The translations under genes were made by a program, and so were the position numbers. A stretch of 64,000 nt of DNA from Candidatus Thorarchaeota archaeon (GTDB lineage: Archaea; Asgardarchaeota; Thorarchaeia; Thorarchaeales; Thorarchaeaceae). The notes under the pieces are model-generated. The model was not told the DNA's origin, searched no databases, and was given only the letters and a program-made list of their open reading frames with translations. The stretch lies in assembly GCA_030612365.1 (NCBI GenBank), contig JAUWOA010000001.1, forward strand, positions 7,184-71,183. The letters are read 5' to 3'. Positions 57,698 to 64,000 of this stretch are shown one piece after another. Within the stretch, counting starts at the first letter, position 1. Each line of letters opens with the position of its first letter.

Positions 57698-58588
57698 TCA
57701 CAAGACATCTTGGAGCAATCTAGCGACATCACTTGGCTTCTCTGCTACTGGTATACCTGCATCATTCAGCGCCTTAATCTTGGCCTGTGCAGTTCCGGTG
57801 CTGCCACTTATGATGGCTCCTGCATGCCCCATCCTTTTACCTGGTGGTGCGGTTCTTCCTGCGATGTAGCCTACGACAGGTCGGTCATAGTTTTCTTTGA
57901 TGTATGCTGCCGCGCGTTCTTCTGCATCGCCGCCTATCTCCCCCACAAGAACCAATGCCTTGGTGTTATCGTCTTTCTCGAACAGTTTGACTGCCTCTAT
58001 GGGTGTCAGTCCAACGCATGGATCCCCACCAAGACCAATTGCAGTTGTCATTCCGATTCCTGCGTATGTCATCCCAGCAGCAATCTCATAGGTTAGTGTG
58101 CCGCTTCGCGACATGAGTCCTACAGGGCCGTCAGCAAAGACGTGACCGGGCATGATGCCAAGCTTCTGCTTTGCTCCTGGAGTGACTATTCCCGGTGTAT
58201 TGGGGCCAATCACGGTGATTCCCTGTCTTTTGGCAGTATGAATTACTCTAATCTCATCGCGAACGGGAACATGCTCAGTTATCACAACAACAGGATTCAG
58301 CTGTGCAGCGATTGCCTCAAGTGCGGCGTCTCCTGCGAACGGTGCAGGGACAAAAATTACCGCAGCAGTGGCATCATGTGCCTCTTTTGCTTCCATTACA
58401 GTATCAAAGACCGGGATCCCATTGACCTCTTGACCGCTTTTCCCAGGTGTCACACCTGCAACGATTTTGGTTCCATACTCAAGCATTGCCCGTGAGTGAA
58501 ATGTTCCCTGTCCACCTGTGATTCCCTGGATGATGACTCTGGTGTCTTTGTCTGCTAAAATCGCCATTCTATTTTGCCTCCTTTGCAA
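57698..58588 (-). CDS. sucD: Succinyl-CoA ligase (ADP/GDP-forming) subunit alpha
   Basis: TRVIIQGITGGQGTFH; active-site His region GHAGAII; 296 aa. Confidence 0.8.
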   Translation of the reverse strand: MQRRQNRMAILADKDTRVIIQGITGGQGTFHSRAMLEYGTKIVAGVTPGKSGQEVNGIPVFDTVMEAKEAHDATAAVIFVPAPFAGDAALEAIAAQLNPVVVITEHVPVRDEIRVIHTAKRQGITVIGPNTPGIVTPGAKQKLGIMPGHVFADGPVGLMSRSGTLTYEIAAGMTYAGIGMTTAIGLGGDPCVGLTPIEAVKLFEKDDNTKALVLVGEIGGDAEERAAAYIKENYDRPVVGYIAGRTAPPGKRMGHAGAIISGSTGTAQAKIKALNDAGIPVAEKPSDVARLLQDVL

Positions 58589-59714
58589 GATTAACCACCT
58601 TGGAGGCTGCTTCCTCCATGGTTTTCAGGAACGGAATCCCTGCCTTGTTCAGAATCTCTTGCCCCTCTTCTTCATTCGTTCCCACCATGCGTACAACCAT
58701 TGGCACGGTTATGTCGCCATCATCACGTGCGGCTAGGATACCCTTCGCCACCTCGTCGCATCGCGTAATTCCTCCCATTATATTGATGAGTATAGCTTTG
58801 ACCTTGGGGTACATCAGAGCTACCTCGATGCCTTTCTCCACTCTCTCTGCATCTGCTCCACCACCTAGGTCAAGAAATGTGCTGGCTTTGCCTCCGTACA
58901 GCGACACAGTATCAAGGGTTGCCATTGTGAGTCCGGCTCCATTGCAGATGCATGCAATGTTGCCGTCGAGCTCGACATAGGCCATGTCATTCTCTGTTGC
59001 CAACTTTTCTCTTTCATTCTGCTCTACTGGGTCCCTCTTCAGGCTCTCCATCATTTGCTTGTGCCTGAAGAGTGCATTATCATCCACATTCAGACGCGCA
59101 TCAGCTGCTAGGAATCTGCCATCCTTTGTGAGGATGAGGGGATTGATCTCTGTCAGCTCTACGTCGTGCACTTCAACGATGTTCCACAGTTTGAGGAAGA
59201 AGCTTGCCAACTTGTTAATCTGCTTCCCTCGGAACCCCATCTTTGTGGCCATCTCGCGGGCATTGTAGGGCAGGAATCCAATACTTGGGTCTACATGCAT
59301 CTTAACAATCTTCTCAGGGTTTTCTTCTGCAAGCTCTTCAATTGACATCCCACCGGCTCCACTGCCTATCACAACGTATTTTCGCTTATTCCTGTCAATG
59401 GTTATGCCTGCATAGATCTCCTGTTGAATGTCCAATTTTTCCTCAACCAAGACTGCTTCCACGGACAGATTATTGATTTTCAATCCAAGGATATGCTTTG
59501 CGACTTCCTTGGCTTGCTCAGGGGTGTCTGCGAATTTCACACCGCCTGCCTTCCCTCTCTTCCCCGAGAGTACCTGTGCCTTGACGACAACAGGTTTACC
59601 CACCTTGGCTGCGACTTTCATCGCCTCTTCAGGCGTCTTAGCTACACCTCCAGGGGGTGTGGGCATATTGAAGGCACGGAAAATGTCCTTGGCTTCGTGC
59701 TCAAGTAATTTCAT
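58569..59714 (-). CDS. sucC: Succinyl-CoA ligase subunit beta (start probably at MKLLEHEAK)
   Basis: MKLLEHEAKDIFRAFNMPTPPG...ATP-grasp...GGMSIEE; it overlaps sucD by 20 nt. Confidence 0.8.
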   Translation of the reverse strand: MKLLEHEAKDIFRAFNMPTPPGGVAKTPEEAMKVAAKVGKPVVVKAQVLSGKRGKAGGVKFADTPEQAKEVAKHILGLKINNLSVEAVLVEEKLDIQQEIYAGITIDRNKRKYVVIGSGAGGMSIEELAEENPEKIVKMHVDPSIGFLPYNAREMATKMGFRGKQINKLASFFLKLWNIVEVHDVELTEINPLILTKDGRFLAADARLNVDDNALFRHKQMMESLKRDPVEQNEREKLATENDMAYVELDGNIACICNGAGLTMATLDTVSLYGGKASTFLDLGGGADAERVEKGIEVALMYPKVKAILINIMGGITRCDEVAKGILAARDDGDITVPMVVRMVGTNEEEGQEILNKAGIPFLKTMEEAASKVVNLAKEAK

Positions 59715-59881
59715 GATAATGCTCCCATGCATTGGGGTTCATCGTACGACCCCGGGCATAGGCTCGGACCGGCGCTCCGAGCTAGAAAAAGGTAACTGAA
59801 AATGCAGGAATGCTTTGGTTGGTATCCGACCCATGCGAATTCGTGGTGCAGTGTTCAGGTTAGTCAAAGTTACGGTCAGTA

Positions 59882-62101
59882 CTAACTGATGGCGTCAAGG
59901 GTAACCGTCAAATTCTTGTTCAATTTGCGAATCTCTCTCTTCAGTTCTTTGTCGGCTTTTCTTCCCATGATGCCTATCAGGATGCTATTGATGTAGTGCA
60001 ACTCCTCCAGACAATTCTCAACAATTCCTGGTCCATGTTGCCCACACTTCACAACCTTCTTCATGTCTTGTGTCTGTACCGCATCAAGAACTCCCGCAAT
60101 CGCCTTCCTAGGCATTCCTGTTCTAGCCACTGCAACATCAATCAGGATATTCGCCAGCTTATTCCCAGCTTGTCCCAGTGCTTTGGTCACTCTCTTTGCA
60201 TCCCTCACGGAAACACCTAGAACTGTAACGCTTTGCCCGAGTTCAGTACATTTGAAACCCTTACCATCCCGCTGCATCAATCCTTCTCTCTCCAATTCGC
60301 CAAGAATCTCTAATCCTCTCAGCGATTGACGGATTACCGAAGCAGCGTATGGCTTGGTTTCATCGTTCTGAAGAGCGAAATTCGAAAATCTAACTAGGTG
60401 TTTGCATAGTCTGTGCCTTTTGATTCCTTGATACTTCCATGACTCGCAGGTGCAGGAAACCCCCTCCCCGGCTCTAACAACGACATGGTGCCACAAGTCA
60501 CGACTCCGACTATGTACGAGCCCCTCAATCTTGCTGGGGCTTATGCTTACCAGCCTCACATCCTCCTCTGGTATCTCATGCGCACGTGTGATTGTGGATT
60601 TCGTTGTGCGCAGGGAAATTAGTGTTTCAACATCAGCATCGTCTGCTAGCATTAAACCCTCGCGAGATATCTGAGTGACGCGATTGGTTGTCGCCCAGAA
60701 TGTCCTGTCCATAATCGAGAATGGGTCTTCCTCCCCCGTATGGTCGCTGCATAGCTGTCGAAGTACAAGATCTTGAGCATTCTCTGGATCATCCATCGAG
60801 CTGTCAACCTCACCGAGCCTGGGGCTGATGTTCCCTTTTGAATCCTCGACGAAGTATTGTGCAAGAACTCTGTGCCTTTCAGTTTGGGTGCCGACAACGA
60901 CTATTCCAAAGGCTTCATTGTCGACTCCTCTCTTTCCGATAGAGCTAAGCACATCATTGAGCTGCCATTCAGATAGTTGTGTTAGTTCCTCCTCATTGGC
61001 TAGGTCCCCGATTAGATCCTGCATGAAGACTCCGATGAGAAAGATCACAGTCGCCCTCAGTCCGCTTGCAATCGCAAAGCGCGTTGGCATGACAATCACT
61101 GGCACGAGGCCATCTTCCCACGCACCGGATATGATCCTTCTCTGGCTTCGCGCAATTCCCTCGTGGATGAATGCAACCCCTCTGGAGATGGTTTGTCCCA
61201 GCATAACTGATGTTGCACATTCTGGGTACCTCCCCATAATATCCCGCGAGAGGTCTCCAAGGTCATCTCTATGTTCGGGCGCTAGTCTAAGATTAAGAGC
61301 TGACTCATTGCTTGCATCACTTATTCCTGTAAGCTGAGCAGCCAACTCTTCGCAAGCAGGAATGTTGGAGCAGAGAATGGCTACCTGTCCACGCCTATAT
61401 TGAACGAACTCAGTAAGGTCCGCGAGCGACTCGGTGACGCTTTCGAATGCCTTGACACTGAATATGCGTTTCATATCGGTCTTAGTGTCCTCAACAATCC
61501 TAGCGCCTAGCCATGAACTGAGATCTTCAACATCTGCGACTGGGGGGCTTACCACGACATGCTGCAATTCAGTATGCATGCCCATCAATGTAACCAACAC
61601 AGTTTCCAGTTTGGCACCAAGCCTTGGCTGGCCAATCAAGTCAAGACGGTCGGTAAGGAGACACTCGATGCCTTCGAATGCATCTGGATGTACGCGCAGA
61701 GCGATGTCTAGAGACCGGAAGGTTGCAACGATCACGCGCCCCCCCTTCCATGCGTCCCCAATTGCTGTCCTTCTCCGAATGATTGCTGTAGCTTCGATGC
61801 CAAGTCGTTTACATCTGTAGCTCAACGAATGGAATCGTTTTTCGGCTTGATGTGGATTTGGACAGAGCACAAGCGCCCTCGTCTTGAAGTCAGACGCTAC
61901 GCGATTCAGAAGCGATATCTCCGCTATCTGATAGGCTTCTTCATAATCATAGGTCTGCAGAATTTGACTCTCCCCTCTCAGAATCCCTCCATCAACCGCA
62001 GCAGACTGAAATTGGGTTAGACTAGTCAGGCCTTCTCTTCTGAGAACTTCCAATAGACGAGGCGAAACATGCTCGATTTCAAGTTCTCTAAGCGTGCTCA
62101 A
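59882..62101 (-). CDS. Helicase-like protein with degenerate ATPase motifs and a SWIM-type zinc finger
   Basis: SF2-like fold, but GxGKT is replaced by ...ILRGESQILQTYD. SWIM finger CTCESWKYQGIKRHRLCKH fits CxCxnCxH. Confidence 0.45.
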   Translation of the reverse strand: MSTLRELEIEHVSPRLLEVLRREGLTSLTQFQSAAVDGGILRGESQILQTYDYEEAYQIAEISLLNRVASDFKTRALVLCPNPHQAEKRFHSLSYRCKRLGIEATAIIRRRTAIGDAWKGGRVIVATFRSLDIALRVHPDAFEGIECLLTDRLDLIGQPRLGAKLETVLVTLMGMHTELQHVVVSPPVADVEDLSSWLGARIVEDTKTDMKRIFSVKAFESVTESLADLTEFVQYRRGQVAILCSNIPACEELAAQLTGISDASNESALNLRLAPEHRDDLGDLSRDIMGRYPECATSVMLGQTISRGVAFIHEGIARSQRRIISGAWEDGLVPVIVMPTRFAIASGLRATVIFLIGVFMQDLIGDLANEEELTQLSEWQLNDVLSSIGKRGVDNEAFGIVVVGTQTERHRVLAQYFVEDSKGNISPRLGEVDSSMDDPENAQDLVLRQLCSDHTGEEDPFSIMDRTFWATTNRVTQISREGLMLADDADVETLISLRTTKSTITRAHEIPEEDVRLVSISPSKIEGLVHSRSRDLWHHVVVRAGEGVSCTCESWKYQGIKRHRLCKHLVRFSNFALQNDETKPYAASVIRQSLRGLEILGELEREGLMQRDGKGFKCTELGQSVTVLGVSVRDAKRVTKALGQAGNKLANILIDVAVARTGMPRKAIAGVLDAVQTQDMKKVVKCGQHGPGIVENCLEELHYINSILIGIMGRKADKELKREIRKLNKNLTVTLDAIS

Positions 62102-62340
62102 CTAAATCTGCTCCGATGTTAACCTTATGGAACGTATAAGGATATGTCATTCTCTTGCTTTGCCGCTAACCAAAAAGTGCTAGTATTATCCAAAAATACA
62201 CAACGGCAGGGATTTCTTGGAATATCGGTGAATTGCCCTTCGCTTCCCTTTCAGCTCGATTGTCAATCTGAGCATATGGGACGATGGTGTCCTATCCTGC
62301 TATGACACAGTGTTAAAAAGGAACAGAGCCACAGCGCTAT

Positions 62341-63138
62341 TTGAAAGGACAAGGAACGGCAAGTACGTCCTTTGCTACTTCAAAGAGGCTTGAGAGAATG
62401 GCATTTGTTGCAACGAGACAGTCTGGTTTTGACATCATCTTGAAGAAGGGCTTCCAAGTTAAGCCCGGCTCCACATTCATCTGCGGCTTTCATGGTCTGG
62501 GCGAAGTAGGCTTCCTAAGCACCGCCCATTTGACCAGAACATTAGAAGCAAAACGAGTCGGGTTCATCAAGAGCGACATGCTGCCATTATTCGTATCGAT
62601 GGAAAATGAAAGGTTGGTACTTCCGTTCGAGCTATACTCCTACGCAAAAAAGAAACTGATCTTTCTCGTACCTCGATTCCAGCCACATCAGAGCGACCAG
62701 TGGAATTTTGTAGACAGATTAGCTGAGTGGCTAACAAAGTGCAAATTCTCAGAAACCATCCTTCTAGGCGGATTGGATGCAAGCTTCAAGGAAGGTGAAG
62801 CGAATATGCGTTGCGTCCCAACGAGTAAGTATGAATCCTTGGTTGAGAAGTGGGATGTTCCGCTCCTAGAGGAGGGGCTTTTCGTGGCTGGTCCACTCGC
62901 ACTCCTGCTAGCAGAGCTAGAGATGCGAGATGCTCCCGCAATCGGCCTGCTGTCCTACGCAATACGAGGAAGACCAGATCCGCGGGCAGCTGCCGCAATG
63001 CTGGAGAAGCTGAACCAAGTTTACGGTCTAAAGGCCAATGTGGAACAACTCCTAGAAGAGAGCAAAGAGATTGAACGGCTTGAGAAGATGCGCAGATCAA
63101 TCGAATCCGATGATCGGACTTCTGACATGTTTGTCTAG
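62341..63138 (+). CDS. PAC2-family (proteasome assembly chaperone-like, DUF75) protein; true start possibly the internal MAFVATRQ
   Basis: FICGFHGLGEVGFLSTAHL is the PAC2-like glycine-rich N-terminal motif. Confidence 0.45.
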   Translation: MKGQGTASTSFATSKRLERMAFVATRQSGFDIILKKGFQVKPGSTFICGFHGLGEVGFLSTAHLTRTLEAKRVGFIKSDMLPLFVSMENERLVLPFELYSYAKKKLIFLVPRFQPHQSDQWNFVDRLAEWLTKCKFSETILLGGLDASFKEGEANMRCVPTSKYESLVEKWDVPLLEEGLFVAGPLALLLAELEMRDAPAIGLLSYAIRGRPDPRAAAAMLEKLNQVYGLKANVEQLLEESKEIERLEKMRRSIESDDRTSDMFV

Positions 63139-63677
63139 CTCAACCTTCGTATGTACCACCCGATGTCAACAAGGTTCTTGGCCACAAGTCTATCCTTGGC
63201 CAGACGTCCAATCTTAGCAGCATCCACTGAGAGTGCTGCCAAACCAAGACACTCACTTGATTCGTTGAGGATGAAGACCTTTTGACCTCTCAGAAGTGAA
63301 GGGTCAATCTTGACAACTGACTCTTTGAGAATGCTTCTTCCGTATGTAAATGATTCAGCACCCTGCCTTGAAACAATGAGAAGGTTGGATGTGAATTCTT
63401 GAACGCGTTCCAGTGCTGGTAGGCTCAACCTAAACTTACCATCCACGAGGTCTCCAAGCCATGTGCCGAGTGAAAGAGGGGTGAATGGTATGAAGTCACG
63501 GTCAAGAATCTGCAGCCATCCGCTAGGAACTAGATAGAATGAGATTCCCTTGGCTCTGGGTAATGATACTGGTGTAAGAGTACCCAAGATGCGCTTTGTT
63601 ACACCGGCACCAAAGTCCGAATCTATTTGGTTCCTCACCGTGTCCCATTGGACCGAGTCCACATACTCCGGTTTCAC
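63135..63677 (-). CDS. hypothetical protein (180 aa), possibly a PUA-like partner of the upstream Sun methyltransferase
   Basis: A 4-nt ATGA overlap with the upstream gene suggests translational coupling. Confidence 0.35.
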   Translation of the reverse strand: MKPEYVDSVQWDTVRNQIDSDFGAGVTKRILGTLTPVSLPRAKGISFYLVPSGWLQILDRDFIPFTPLSLGTWLGDLVDGKFRLSLPALERVQEFTSNLLIVSRQGAESFTYGRSILKESVVKIDPSLLRGQKVFILNESSECLGLAALSVDAAKIGRLAKDRLVAKNLVDIGWYIRRLS

Positions 63678-64000
63678 GACGATTCCTCCTTCTCAATCCT
63701 GCAAATGAAGAAACCTTCCAAGTTGTGCTTATGGGGAAGAAAACGTCTTGCAAGGGTCAGTGATTCGTGCAACTCAACGCCGTACGGGTTGGGATAGGCG
63801 GGGACGCCAAACTCGATGTTGATGGGCACTAACTTCGTTTCAGGTCGCCGTTTCAGGATATCATCAATGACGAATTCGTTTTCTTCAGGGGCGATAGAGC
63901 AGGTTGAATATACAAGAGTTCCTCCCGGAGAGAGAGAGGTGATTGCAGCATCGAGCAGCACATCCTGCTTGGTTGCGCAAAACCTGATGTCCGCCATGCT
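63674..64000 (-). CDS. NOL1/NOP2/Sun-family RNA (cytosine-C5)-methyltransferase, C-terminal part (N-terminus beyond the window)
   Basis: GTLVYSTCSIAPEENEFVID is motif VI, with the catalytic TCS cysteine. The in-window M at 63997 is not the true start. Confidence 0.7.
   Translation of the reverse strand, partial: SMADIRFCATKQDVLLDAAITSLSPGGTLVYSTCSIAPEENEFVIDDILKRRPETKLVPINIEFGVPAYPNPYGVELHESLTLARRFLPHKHNLEGFFICRIEKEESS

Noticed and set aside
63674-63997. M at 63997 as the start of the Sun-family methyltransferase
   Set aside because: Motif VI (TCS) is C-terminal in this family and motifs I-IV are missing. The gene must continue beyond the window edge.

Overview
The window is archaeal DNA with two parts of different character. 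Archaeal assignment rests on Alba, aCPSF1/FttA, Pus10, Rpo4/F, r-proteins L21e/L37e/eL38/eL40, an Sm protein, a proteasome beta subunit, Pth2, DUF655-KsgA and a geranylgeranyl reductase. Right part (~29.6-64 kb): a conserved, mostly minus-strand informational/housekeeping neighbourhood covering translation, RNA processing and modification, the proteasome, and sucCD. This core is interrupted between the geranylgeranyl reductase and pth2 by a ~7.3-kb three-gene insertion. The insertion holds a 726-aa TnpB/Cas12-like RuvC nuclease, a divergently transcribed 1407-aa protein with a PD-(D/E)xK core, and a 207-aa very acidic protein. Left part (1-28.2 kb): a hypervariable island anchored at an intact tRNA-Ala(GGC) (28105-28181, minus, G3:U70 present). 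It is subdivided into at least 12 cassettes by degenerate, co-oriented copies of a tRNA 3' end (T-arm plus acceptor). No integrase is visible. The cassettes encode nuclease- and defence-type domains: PLD nuclease, CDA-fold deaminase fusion, two Schlafen/AlbA_2 proteins, Mrr-like-Toprim, EVE-NucS-like, two HEPN proteins, HNH, a UvrD-like helicase with a Vsr-like insert, and many unknowns. The tRNA-proximal cassette ends in a translationally coupled HerA/FtsK-like ATPase plus 904-aa partner operon that abuts the tRNA 3' end. All calls are from reading the sequence and motif recognition; no searches were run.
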